Part shown: positions 36,150-45,204 of the stretch, piece after piece
How the letters are laid out: each line of letters opens with the position of its first letter
How positions within the stretch are numbered: the first letter of the stretch is position 1
DNA from: Betaproteobacteria bacterium
GTDB lineage: Bacteria; Pseudomonadota; Gammaproteobacteria; Burkholderiales; SG8-39
Reading direction: 5' to 3'
DNA: 57,796 bases
Assembly: GCA_031391655.1 (NCBI GenBank)
Contig: JANMUO010000306.1
Coordinates: 1 to 57,796 of the forward strand
Position numbers and translations under genes: made by a program
Notes under the pieces: model-generated
Told to the model about the DNA's origin: nothing
What the model saw: the letters and a program-made list of their open reading frames with translations, nothing else
Databases searched by the model: none

Positions 36150-37529
36150 CTACATCGCGAATTCGACGTAGGTGTAAATGTAGTTCGAGCCGCCGTTCAC
36201 GTTGTTCAGCAGCTGCGAAAACCCAAAGATGCCCGAGCGGTGCGACGCCCCGATGCCGACGAAAGTGTCCTTCAGGCTGCGCACGTTGAACAGGTCGCCC
36301 ACGCTGAAATCGATCGTCGGGTCGAGGTAGGTGAGCAGCTTGCTCGTATTGCGGCCGCGCTCCGCCTGGTCTTTCGCCTCGACGTAGGGCACGCGGCTGG
36401 CGTAGGACAGGCCGGTGCCGATCCCCAGGCGCGTCTTCACGCGATGGCTCCAGGGCAGCCCGTACCAGTACGGCTTGAAGTAGGCGTTGAGCTGCCAGGA
36501 ATTCGGCTGGTAGCCCTTTTCGTCGTGGTACAGCAGGCCGATGTAGCCGGCGAGGTCCACGTTCCAGCCGTTGAGCCGCTCGATCAGGGTGCGCCCGAGT
36601 TCGACCGACGACACGCGCGTCTCCTCCGGCGTATCAGTCGAAGTGCAGCGGAACAGCATCACTTTCGCCAGGTCGCAGTCGGTCTGCTGGCCGTGGTACA
36701 GCTTCACCCACAGCGGGCGTCCCTCGGGAATCGGCCAGGGCTGCGGCGAATGGTCGTACAGCAGGCCCAGGCTGAAGGAGGACTGCATGCCGCTTTCCAC
36801 GATCGGGCTGTGGCGCACGGTGCTCGACCATTGCGTCGCCGAAGCCCCGGCGAGGACCTTCCAGTGGGTGCCCAAGGGATAAGTCGCATACACCGAGAAC
36901 TGCAGGTTCAGGCCCGCGCCGGCGTCGTAGGCGGGCCGCGCGGCCGTCGCCTCCCCTGGCAGCACACCATAGTAATAGTTGTTCAGCTTTCCATCGCGCC
37001 AGGAAGCCATGATCTGGGGGAAATAGCGCAGCCTGCCGTAGGCGAGTTCCTTCCTGAACCCGACGCGCAGCTCGCTGCCCTGCGAATCGCCGTCCACGTT
37101 GTGCAAGGCTTCGCCGAACACTTCCCCCCAGCCGTAGCGCCGGCGGTAGCCCACGCCCAGGTCGGTGCCCTGCTCGCGGATCGCCATGCCGGCCAGCACC
37201 GGCGGATGGTCGTCCTGCGGCGTGCCCTCGTAGCGGTGCGAGAGGAACACGTCGAGGCGGCTCGTCGCGTCCAGGCGCCACTTCACGCCGACGCGATCGG
37301 CGTGCCAGTAGGCGTGCTCGCCGAAGTACAGGTTTACCGGCAGGTAGTCGTAGCGCATGCCCTGCCCGCGGTAGATCGAACTCTCCGCGCGCGCCACGCC
37401 GCCTTCGCCGGCGCCGCCGTCCTTCATGACATCGCCCAGCGGTTGGCTTTGCGCCTGCGCGGCAAGCGGCAGGCACAGCATCGACAACAGGATAAGACGC
37501 GCGGCGCGGAGTGTGAAGAGCGTGAACAA
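36150..37529 (-). CDS. Outer membrane protein: MipA/OmpV-like N-terminal half plus additional beta-barrel-like C-terminal half
   Basis: Track ORF 36150..37814 trimmed to the TTG at 37529, which has a GAGGAA RBS 7 nt upstream and signal peptide FTLFTLRAARLILLSMLCLPLAAQA. MipA-type motifs are LAGMAIREQGTDLG, NYYYGVLPGEATAARPAYDA and SPIV. The C-terminal half ends GIGASHRSGIFG...NGGSNYIYTYVEFAM. Confidence 0.7.
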   Translation of the reverse strand: MFTLFTLRAARLILLSMLCLPLAAQAQSQPLGDVMKDGGAGEGGVARAESSIYRGQGMRYDYLPVNLYFGEHAYWHADRVGVKWRLDATSRLDVFLSHRYEGTPQDDHPPVLAGMAIREQGTDLGVGYRRRYGWGEVFGEALHNVDGDSQGSELRVGFRKELAYGRLRYFPQIMASWRDGKLNNYYYGVLPGEATAARPAYDAGAGLNLQFSVYATYPLGTHWKVLAGASATQWSSTVRHSPIVESGMQSSFSLGLLYDHSPQPWPIPEGRPLWVKLYHGQQTDCDLAKVMLFRCTSTDTPEETRVSSVELGRTLIERLNGWNVDLAGYIGLLYHDEKGYQPNSWQLNAYFKPYWYGLPWSHRVKTRLGIGTGLSYASRVPYVEAKDQAERGRNTSKLLTYLDPTIDFSVGDLFNVRSLKDTFVGIGASHRSGIFGFSQLLNNVNGGSNYIYTYVEFAM

Positions 37530-37616
37530 TGCGGATTCCTCGACCCGGAGACCGCGCGAGCTTACAGGGAATCGCGCTACGATAGCGACGCCGTTGCGTT
37601 CACCTTGGAGGAAATC

Positions 37617-38714
37617 ATGCATCGTCCGCGCCTTGCCCGCATTGCCGTGGCGTTCGCCGCGTGCCTCGCCGCCACGTCCGCCGGCGCCATGGAGCCCTGG
37701 CGCATTCTCTCCCAATCGAAGAAACAAACACCGCAACCTCCCTGGCCCGCCGGCGACGAGCGCGGCATGGCCAACCAGGTCGGCCCCGCCACCTGGGCGC
37801 GCTGCGCCTGGCACCTTGGAAATTCGAAGTCACAGCTGTACGAGCTCTCGCAAGTGCGCTCCAACACCATGCCGCTGACCCCGTTCAGCGGCCCCTACGT
37901 GCAAAAACCCAAGCCCACGGCGAGCATTCCGGGCACGGCGCACGCGTTCAACGGCGAGCAGCTCGAGGCAGGCGCCGAGCCGGCGCAGCAGGCCACGCAG
38001 ATCGACGCGCTCGGCCATTTCGGCGTGCTCAAGCAGCCCTGGGACGGCAAGCCGCCGATTCCGGTAGAGGACGCCGTGTACTACGGTGGGTACACGCAAA
38101 AGGACGTGAAGCCGGCACCCGAATCCGGCCTGCTCAGGCTCGGCATGGAAAAGGCGCCGCCCCTGGTCACCAGCGCGGTACTGCTCGACGCGAAGAAAAC
38201 TGTCGGCGGCGGCCAGCCGATGAAGGCGGGCGAGCTGGTCACCGCGAAGCACATCGAGGAGATGCTCAAGGCGCAGGGCCTCGCCAAGCGCGGCATCCTG
38301 CCCGGCGACGTGGTCTACGTGCACACCGGCTGGGGCGACTTCTGGAAGGACCCGGATACGGAGAAGTTCTACTATACGAAGGCGCCGGGACTTTCCTACG
38401 ACGCGGCGAAGTACCTCGGCGAGCGGCGCGTGGTGGCCATCGGCCTGGATACGCCGTTCGTGGATCCGGTGCCTGAAGGCATGCTCGCCGGCAAGGCCGG
38501 CCCGGCCGCGGGCGTGCCGCCCGGCCTGCCCTTCGCCGTGCACCACCACATGCTCACGCAGATGGGCATCCACCATATCGAGAACGCCAAGCTGGACGAG
38601 CTGGCGCGCGACAAGGTGTGGACGTCGTGCACCATGATCCTGCCGATCCTCGAGAAAGGCAGCGCAGGCTCGCCGATCCGGCCCGTGTCCTACGGCGTCC
38701 CGCGGCAGGACTAG
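37617..38714 (+). CDS. Cyclase family protein (kynurenine formamidase-like fold), secreted
   Basis: Distal 365 aa of track ORF 36045..38714, with a GGAGGA RBS and signal peptide MHRPRLARIAVAFAACLAATSAGA. It has VYVHTGW, GLDTPFVD and FAVHHHML. The metal motif reads QQATQIDALGHF. Confidence 0.7.
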   Translation: MHRPRLARIAVAFAACLAATSAGAMEPWRILSQSKKQTPQPPWPAGDERGMANQVGPATWARCAWHLGNSKSQLYELSQVRSNTMPLTPFSGPYVQKPKPTASIPGTAHAFNGEQLEAGAEPAQQATQIDALGHFGVLKQPWDGKPPIPVEDAVYYGGYTQKDVKPAPESGLLRLGMEKAPPLVTSAVLLDAKKTVGGGQPMKAGELVTAKHIEEMLKAQGLAKRGILPGDVVYVHTGWGDFWKDPDTEKFYYTKAPGLSYDAAKYLGERRVVAIGLDTPFVDPVPEGMLAGKAGPAAGVPPGLPFAVHHHMLTQMGIHHIENAKLDELARDKVWTSCTMILPILEKGSAGSPIRPVSYGVPRQD

Positions 38715-39577
38715 GCGACGGCGGGCACGTCCTGGGTCGAGGTGCGCCGCAGTTCGCGGTGCTGGGAGAGGTCGAAGCGCCGGCCGCGGTGCAGCACCGC
38801 GCGGTTGTCCCACATCACGCTGTCGCCCGCTCGCCAGGCGTGCCGGAACACGAACTCGCGCTGCGTCGCGTGCTCGAGGAGTTCCGCGAGCAGCATGCGC
38901 CCTTCGCCAAAGGCCATCTCCTTGACATGGGTGGCGTGCACGCCGACCCACAGGAGTTTTCTCTTCGAGCCGGGGTGCTCCCGCACCAGCGGCCACTCGG
39001 CGGGCGGGATCGCGTCAAGTTCGGCCTGCGAGTATTTTTCGCCCAGCCAGAGGCGCGAATGCAGCGCGTAGTGCGGGCTGTGCAGGCCTTCGACCTTTTG
39101 CTTGAGGTCCGCGGGCAGCGCGTCGTAGGCCGCGCGCAGGTCGGCAAACTCGGTCTCCCCGCCCGCCGGCGGTACCACCACCGCGTGCAGGATCGAGTAG
39201 CGCGCCGCCGGCTTCTGGAACGAGCTGTCGGAGTGCCAGAGCTGGTTGGCCAGGTTGGACACCACCTTGCGGTGGTCGCGGTCGTAGACCCTGCCCTGCG
39301 CGTCCACGTTGGAGATGTCGATGATCTCGTCGTAGCCGGTGAGGTTCGCCGCCGGGCGCGTGGCCTTCTTCAGGCCGAGGTCCAGGGGACCGAAGCACTT
39401 GGCGAAGGCGAGCTGACCCTCCTGCGACAGCGGCTGGTCGCGGAACACCAGCACGGCGTACTGGTCCATCGCGCGCTCGATCTCGCGCACCGATTCCGGC
39501 GATAGTGCCTGGCCGATATCGATGCCGCTTGCCTGAGCGGCGAACAGCGGGTGCAGGGGCTTGATCTGGAGCGTCAT
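38711..39577 (-). CDS. TauD/TfdA family Fe(II)/2-oxoglutarate dioxygenase
   Basis: Distal 288 aa of track ORF 38711..40054, from the ATG at 39577. It has the facial triad motif WHSDSSF, and the distal AWRAGDSVMWDNRAVLHRG. Confidence 0.85.
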   Translation of the reverse strand: MTLQIKPLHPLFAAQASGIDIGQALSPESVREIERAMDQYAVLVFRDQPLSQEGQLAFAKCFGPLDLGLKKATRPAANLTGYDEIIDISNVDAQGRVYDRDHRKVVSNLANQLWHSDSSFQKPAARYSILHAVVVPPAGGETEFADLRAAYDALPADLKQKVEGLHSPHYALHSRLWLGEKYSQAELDAIPPAEWPLVREHPGSKRKLLWVGVHATHVKEMAFGEGRMLLAELLEHATQREFVFRHAWRAGDSVMWDNRAVLHRGRRFDLSQHRELRRTSTQDVPAVA

Positions 39578-39626
39578 GGAGGCGAAGTTTCCCATGCTAC
39601 GATGCCGCGCCAAACGGAGGGACCCC

Positions 39627-40595
39627 ATGAGAAGCACCCTGTTTCGCTGCACGCTGGCACTCGTCGGCCTCGCGGCCGTTGCTGCGGCGCATTCACAGAC
39701 ATTCCCCTCCAAGCCGGTACGCATCGTCGTCAACTTCCCGCCCGGGGGCGCAGCCGACCAGATCGCGCGTCCGCTCGCCGCAGCACTGCAGGAGAAGCTC
39801 GGCCAGCCTTTCGTGGTGGAGAACAAGCCCGGGGCCAACGGCCACATCGGGGTCACGGAGGTGGCGAAGGCCCCCGCGGACGGCCACACGCTGCTCATGT
39901 CCTCGGGCGGCGCGATCACGGTCAACGGGCAGCTCAACCCGGCCATCGTGCCCAACCCCATGCAGGCGCTCGTGCCGGTGGCGCCGGCAGCGGTGGTGAG
40001 CGTGTACTTGGTGGTCAAGCCGGCGGTCCCGGCGCAGACGCTGGCGGAGTTCATCGCCCATGCGCGCTACAACGCCGGCAAGCTCAATTACGGCTCACCC
40101 GGCACCGGCAGCTCGCCGCACATCGCCGGCGAGATGTTCAATACGGCGGCGAAGGTGAAGACCGTGCACGTGCCCTACAAGGGCGCGGCTCCGGTCATCG
40201 TCGACCTGCTTGGCGGCCAGCTCGATTTCACCTTCGATCCCGGCGTCGGCTTGCAGCACGTCAAGGCCGGCAAACTGCGCCTGCTCGCGGTGGGCAGTCC
40301 GAAGCGGCATCCTGCCTACCCGGAAACGCCCACGGTTGCCGAGGTGGTCGGCGGCGAATTCGATGCCGACACGGTGTTCGGCCTCTATGCGCCGACAGGT
40401 ACGCCGAAAGACGCAATCGCCTTGCTCAACCGCGAGATCAACACGGTGCTGCAGTCAGAGGCGATGAAGGCACGCCTGGCGGCGATCGCGGCGCAGGGCC
40501 TCCTGCTTGCGCCCGAGGCGTTCGCCGCGCGCAACGCGACGGAACTCCAGCGCATGGGGCAGCTGATCCGCGAGACCGGCCTGAGCGCCAAGTAA
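39627..40595 (+). CDS. Bug family (TctC-like) periplasmic substrate-binding protein
   Basis: Track ORF 39561..40595 trimmed to the ATG at 39627 (RBS GGAGGG). It has a signal peptide, then FPSKPVRIVVNFPPGGAADQIARP...VENKPGANG...YGSPGTGSSPH. Confidence 0.9.
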   Translation: MRSTLFRCTLALVGLAAVAAAHSQTFPSKPVRIVVNFPPGGAADQIARPLAAALQEKLGQPFVVENKPGANGHIGVTEVAKAPADGHTLLMSSGGAITVNGQLNPAIVPNPMQALVPVAPAAVVSVYLVVKPAVPAQTLAEFIAHARYNAGKLNYGSPGTGSSPHIAGEMFNTAAKVKTVHVPYKGAAPVIVDLLGGQLDFTFDPGVGLQHVKAGKLRLLAVGSPKRHPAYPETPTVAEVVGGEFDADTVFGLYAPTGTPKDAIALLNREINTVLQSEAMKARLAAIAAQGLLLAPEAFAARNATELQRMGQLIRETGLSAK

Positions 40596-40597
40596 GC

Positions 40598-41554
40598 GTG
40601 CGCGCCTACTTCCTCCAGGCGCAGGCGGGCCAACCCAGCCTCGAGCGTCGCGACGTTGCGATGCCGGAGCCGGGACCGGGGCAGATGCTGGTGCGCGTGC
40701 GCGCGGCCGGGCTGAACCGCGGCGAGCTCATCACCGCGCCCGCCTCCGCGAAGCCGGCCGGCATGGATGCCGCGGGCGAAGTGGTGAAGATCGGCGCGGG
40801 GATCGCGCAATTCAAGCCGGGCGATCGCGTCATGGGGCGTTGCCCCGGCGCCTTCGCCGAGTACGGCCTGATGGACGAGCGCGAATCCCTGCCGGTGCCG
40901 GAGAAACTCTCCTGGGAGCAGGCGGCGGCTGTGCCGATCGCGTTCCTCGTGGTCTACGACATGCTCGTTGCGCAGGGCCGGTTGAAAGCGGCCGAATGGC
41001 TGCTGGTCACCGGCGTGACCTCCGGCGTCGGCGTGGTGGCGCTGCAGGTGGCAAAGGCGCTCGGCGCAAAAGTGATCGGCACCTCCGGATCGGCGCAGAA
41101 ACTGGATCGGCTCAAGCCGCTCGGCCTCGACCTTGCACTCGCCACGCGCTCGGCGGACTTCAGCGCACAGGTGCTGCAGGCCACCGGCGGCAAGGGCGCC
41201 GACCTTTGCGTCAACAACGTCGGCGGCACCGTATTCGGCGAATGCCTGCGCTCGCTCGGCTTCCAGGGGCGCCTTGCCGTCGTGGGCTACCTGGATGGCA
41301 CGCTGAAGGCGGAGCTGGACCTCGACGCCCTGCACTCGCGGCGTCTCACGGTGTTCGGCGTGTCCAACAAACTGCGCAACTCGGCGCAACGCGCCGCGAC
41401 CATGCGCGGCTTCGCCTCAAGCCTGCTGCCCATGCTCGCGGACGGGCGCATCGAGCCTCTCATCGACCGCGTCTTCCCCTTCGACGAACTGCCGGCCGCC
41501 AAGGAGCGCATGGAAGCCAACGCCCACGTCGGCAAGATCGTTGTCACGATGTGA
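40598..41554 (+). CDS. NADPH:quinone oxidoreductase / zinc-independent MDR family dehydrogenase
   Basis: Distal 318 aa of track ORF 39551..41554, from a GTG at 40598, 3 nt after the Bug stop. It has LVRVRAAGLNRGE and the Rossmann motif LVTGVTSGVGVVALQVAKALGAKV. Confidence 0.8.
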   Translation: MRAYFLQAQAGQPSLERRDVAMPEPGPGQMLVRVRAAGLNRGELITAPASAKPAGMDAAGEVVKIGAGIAQFKPGDRVMGRCPGAFAEYGLMDERESLPVPEKLSWEQAAAVPIAFLVVYDMLVAQGRLKAAEWLLVTGVTSGVGVVALQVAKALGAKVIGTSGSAQKLDRLKPLGLDLALATRSADFSAQVLQATGGKGADLCVNNVGGTVFGECLRSLGFQGRLAVVGYLDGTLKAELDLDALHSRRLTVFGVSNKLRNSAQRAATMRGFASSLLPMLADGRIEPLIDRVFPFDELPAAKERMEANAHVGKIVVTM

Positions 41555-41611
41555 AAAATAGGGACAGACCCTATTTATCACATCGTGATAAATAGGGTCT
41601 GTCCCTATTTT
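41555..41611. terminator. 27-bp perfect inverted repeat, probable bidirectional terminator
   Basis: AAAATAGGGACAGACCCTATTTATCAC (41555-41581), a loop ATC, then GTGATAAATAGGGTCTGTCCCTATTTT (41585-41611). It has an A-tract on the left and a T-tract on the right. It fills the whole gap between the convergent stops at 41552-41554 and 41611-41613. Confidence 0.6.
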
Positions 41612-42573
41612 CAGTTAGCGGTGATCTTCGCGTCGCGGACCACGCGGCCCCAGGTGTCGTACTCGCGCTTGATGTAGGCGGCGAGCGCCTCGCGCGAGGT
41701 GGGCGAGGGCTCCATGCCCTGGGCGAGCAGCGCGTCGCGCACCGGCGCGTCGTTGAGGATCTTCACCAGCTCTCGGTGCCAGCGCTCGACGATGTCGTTG
41801 GGCGTCTTCGCCGGCAGGACGTAGGCGTACCAATTGGTGGCCTCGAAGCCGGCGTAGCCCGATTCGGCCACCGTCGGCACGTCCGGCATGAAGCTGGTGC
41901 GCTGCAGGCTGGTCACGGCGATGGCGCGGAGCTTGCCTGCCTTGATGTGCGGCCCGGCCGAGATCGGCGTGGCGAAGATGGAGGAAATCTGCTTGCCGAG
42001 CAGGTCCTGCATCGCCGGCCCGCCGCCCTTGTAGGGCACATGCACGATGTTCGCCTTGGACAGCATGCGGAACAACTCCCCCGAGAGGTGTCCCGCGCCG
42101 CCGATGCCGGAAGACCCGTAGGTCATCCCGCCCGGCGTGGCGTTGGCGAGCTTGAGGTAGTCGGCCAGCGTGCGCACCGGCACGCCGTCGTGCACCACCA
42201 ATACGTTGGCGAAGGTGACCGCCATGGTGACAGGCACCAGGTCCTTCAGCGGATCGTAGGGCAGGTTCTTGATCATGTGCGGCGCCACGGTGAGCGGCCC
42301 CACCGAGCCGAGCAGGATGGTGTGGCCATCGGGCGCGCTCCTGGCCACCAGCTCGTGCGCGATGTTGCCGCCCGCCCCGGCGCGGTTATCCACGATCACG
42401 GACTGGCCGAAGCTCTCGGTCGCCGCCTTGGCGATGATGCGCGCAGCGGTATCGGTGCCACCGCCCGGGGCGAAGCCCACCACCATTGTGATCGGGCGGT
42501 TGGGAAAGCCGCCCTGCGCCGCCGCTGCCGCGGCAAACAGCAATCCGGCCATGCCTGCCAGGAATCTTGTCAT
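41611..42573 (-). CDS. Bug family (TctC-like) periplasmic substrate-binding protein
   Basis: 320 aa with a signal peptide, then FPNRPITMVVGFAPGGGTDTAARI...VDNRAGAGG...YGSSGIGGAGH. Confidence 0.9.
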   Translation of the reverse strand: MTRFLAGMAGLLFAAAAAAQGGFPNRPITMVVGFAPGGGTDTAARIIAKAATESFGQSVIVDNRAGAGGNIAHELVARSAPDGHTILLGSVGPLTVAPHMIKNLPYDPLKDLVPVTMAVTFANVLVVHDGVPVRTLADYLKLANATPGGMTYGSSGIGGAGHLSGELFRMLSKANIVHVPYKGGGPAMQDLLGKQISSIFATPISAGPHIKAGKLRAIAVTSLQRTSFMPDVPTVAESGYAGFEATNWYAYVLPAKTPNDIVERWHRELVKILNDAPVRDALLAQGMEPSPTSREALAAYIKREYDTWGRVVRDAKITAN

Positions 42574-42575
42574 CG

Positions 42576-43769
42576 CTAGACCGCCTTTCTCGCGCGCAAT
42601 CCTTCGATCTGCGCCGGCGCGTAACCCAGTTCCGCCAGCACCTCGTCCGTATGCTCGCCCAGCTCCGGCGTCGCGCTCGCCATGCTCGCCGGCGTGCGCG
42701 ACAGCGTCGCCGCCTGGTTCACGACGCGGAACGCCCCGAGCTTCGGGTGCTTCACTTCCGCGGCCGCCTTGATGTGCTGCACCTGCGGATCGGCGAACAC
42801 CTGGTCCATGGCGTAGATCGGGCCGCAGGGCACGCCCGCCTCGTTCAGCGCCTCAACCCACTGCGCGCTCTTCTTATTCGCCAGTGCCGCGCTCAACTCG
42901 GCGTTCAGGGCGACGCGGTGCTTCGCACGCCCCGGGAGATCCTTGAACTCGGGCCGCGCGAGCAGGTCCTCGCGCCCGATCGCCTTGCACAGGCGCTGCC
43001 ACATGCCTTCGCCCGACGCGGCGACGTTGATGTGCCCGTCTGAGGTCTTGTAGGCACTGGTCGGCATGCTGGTCGGGTGGTCGTTGCCGACCTGCTGCGG
43101 CACTTCGCCTTCCTTGAGATAGCGCGCCGCCTGGAAGTCGGCGAGCGCGATGCCCGCGTGGAGGAGCGACGATTGCACCCACTGCCCGTGCCCCGAGCGC
43201 TCGCGCTCGATCAGGGCGGTCATGATGCCGAGCGCGGCGAACAGGCCCGCCGCCACGTCCGCGATCGCCGCGCCGGCGCGCACCGGGCCCTGGCCGGGAA
43301 AGCCCGTCACCGACATGAGGCCGCTCATGCCCTGCGCGATCTGGTCGAAGCCGGGCCGCTCGACGTAGGGCCCGTCCTGGCCGAAGCCGGAGATGCTGGC
43401 GAGGATGATGCGGGGATTGATTTTCTCCAGCGACGCGTAGTCCACGCCGAGGCGGTACTTCACGTCGGGGCGGTAGTTCTCCACCACCACGTCGGCGCTC
43501 CTGGCGAGGCGCGCGAACACTTCCTTGCCCTCGTCGAGCTTGAGGTTCAGCGTGATGGCGCGCTTGTTGCGGTGCAGGTTCTGGAAATCCGAGCCGCTGC
43601 GCGCGCCGCCCATGCCCTCGTTGGGGTCCACGCCCGGCGGGGACTCGATCTTGATCACGTCGGCGCCGAAGTCGGCGAACTGGCGCACGCAGCTCGGCCC
43701 CGCGCGCACGCGCGACAGGTCCAGGATGCGCAGGTGAGAGAAGGCGCTCGAGGCGGTGATGCGCGGCAT
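42576..43769 (-). CDS. Family III CoA-transferase (CaiB/BaiF)
   Basis: 397 aa. The N-terminus LRILDLSRVRAGPSCVRQFADFGADVIKIE is characteristic of the family. Confidence 0.9.
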   Translation of the reverse strand: MPRITASSAFSHLRILDLSRVRAGPSCVRQFADFGADVIKIESPPGVDPNEGMGGARSGSDFQNLHRNKRAITLNLKLDEGKEVFARLARSADVVVENYRPDVKYRLGVDYASLEKINPRIILASISGFGQDGPYVERPGFDQIAQGMSGLMSVTGFPGQGPVRAGAAIADVAAGLFAALGIMTALIERERSGHGQWVQSSLLHAGIALADFQAARYLKEGEVPQQVGNDHPTSMPTSAYKTSDGHINVAASGEGMWQRLCKAIGREDLLARPEFKDLPGRAKHRVALNAELSAALANKKSAQWVEALNEAGVPCGPIYAMDQVFADPQVQHIKAAAEVKHPKLGAFRVVNQAATLSRTPASMASATPELGEHTDEVLAELGYAPAQIEGLRARKAV

Positions 43770-43794
43770 GGTCCTGGTCCGGTTCCGGGTCCGG

Positions 43795-45087
43795 CTAGCG
43801 CGCGGTTATGCGGGTGTTGGCGAGCACCAGCCGGTCCACCAGGTTGCGCACCAGCGCGCGCGTGAGCTGCAGCTGCGCGCCGCCGCTCATCTGCTGCAGC
43901 GCCGCGGGCTCGAATTCCGCCAGCAGCAGCTTGGTCATGGACTCGACGTTGGCGTGGCGCGGCAGCTCGCCCCCCCAGATGTAGGCCATCTCGCCGAAGC
44001 ACTCGCTGTGGTTGACGACGTTGAGCAGCCGCCCGGCCTTGGTCACCTTCACTTCGCCCTCGGCGAGGAAGAAAAAGCTCGTGCCCTGGTCGTTTTCGCG
44101 CACGATGGTCTTGCCCTTGTCCACGCGCGACCACTTGCCGGCGTTCACCAGCTCCCAGATCTCCGCGTCGGCGAGCCCCGAGAGCATTTCCACGCGCTTG
44201 AGCGCGACGTACTTCTCGGTGTCGGGGATGGCATTGGCGGGCAGCGACAGCCGCACCACCTTGGAGAGCTCGAGCGCGAACTCCGACCAGGTCGGGTAGC
44301 GGCTCTCGGGCTTCTTGCGCATGGCGCGCAGGATCACCGCGTCGAGCTCCTTGGGCAGGTCGGGGCGGATTTCGCTCGGCGGCAGCGGCTCGAGCTCGGT
44401 GATCTTCTTGAGCAGCGCGTCCAGGTTCTCCGCGCGCAGCGGCCGCTGCCCGGTGAGCATCTCGTAGAGCACGGCGCCGAGCGCGTACATGTCGCTGTGG
44501 TGGGTGAGCGTGGCGCCGGCGATCTGCTCCGGCGACATGTAGTAGGGCGAGCCCATCATCTGCGTCTGCACGACGTGGCTCTTGCGCAGGTAGGCGGCGC
44601 CGAAATCGGCGATCTTCACGTCGGTGCCCCTGGCGATCATGATGTTGGCGGGCTTGATGTCCCGGTGCACGATGCCTTCCCGGAAGGCATAGTCGAGCGC
44701 CCCGCACACCTTGAAGCCGATCTGCAGCACGTCGGCCACCGGCAGCAGCTTGTCGGGCTTGGTGTAGGCCGAGAGGTCGCCGCCCGTCACCAGCTCCATG
44801 GCGATATAGCCCGAGTCCTCGCCGACCACCGCGTCCAGGATCGAGACGATGTGGGGATGCTTCAACTTGCCGGCGAGCGATGCTTCGTTGAGGAACTGCG
44901 AGCGGTACACCGTGCCGAACTCGGGGTCGCGGAACACCTCGGGCTCGATGGTCTTCAGCGCCACCTCGCGGCCGGAGAAGGTGTCCTTCGCCAGGTACAC
45001 AGTGCCGGTGGCGCCCTTGCCCAGCATCTTCTGGACGTCGTACTTCCCGACCTGCAGGCTCAGGCCCAGATCCATCGTTTCGGACAC
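43795..45087 (-). CDS. Hanks-type Ser/Thr protein kinase fused to a C-terminal cyclic nucleotide-binding domain
   Basis: 430 aa from a GTG start with a GGAGGA RBS. Kinase motifs are GKGATGTVY, VALK, HRDIKPANIMI, DFG and YMSPEQ. The C-terminal CAP_ED-like part has FFFLAEGEVKV...FGEMAYI...PRHANVES. Confidence 0.85.
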   Translation of the reverse strand: MSETMDLGLSLQVGKYDVQKMLGKGATGTVYLAKDTFSGREVALKTIEPEVFRDPEFGTVYRSQFLNEASLAGKLKHPHIVSILDAVVGEDSGYIAMELVTGGDLSAYTKPDKLLPVADVLQIGFKVCGALDYAFREGIVHRDIKPANIMIARGTDVKIADFGAAYLRKSHVVQTQMMGSPYYMSPEQIAGATLTHHSDMYALGAVLYEMLTGQRPLRAENLDALLKKITELEPLPPSEIRPDLPKELDAVILRAMRKKPESRYPTWSEFALELSKVVRLSLPANAIPDTEKYVALKRVEMLSGLADAEIWELVNAGKWSRVDKGKTIVRENDQGTSFFFLAEGEVKVTKAGRLLNVVNHSECFGEMAYIWGGELPRHANVESMTKLLLAEFEPAALQQMSGGAQLQLTRALVRNLVDRLVLANTRITAR

Positions 45088-45204
45088 CGCTTTTCCTCCA
45101 GGAACGGCATGTTACTGCATCGCGGCGCTTGCCGAGCGCACGCGCCAGGACGAAAATCCGCCACTCCTTTCGTCCGATCCAGCACAGGCGGCCCAGGCAC
45201 CACC

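Noticed and set aside
41555-41611. The palindrome as terminal inverted repeats of a MITE/IS or as a tRNA-like gene
   Set aside because: The arms are adjacent (3-nt loop), so there is no internal cargo. No target-site duplication or transposase flanks it. I saw only one copy in 58 kb. Its position between two convergent stops, with A- and T-tracts, fits a bidirectional terminator best.
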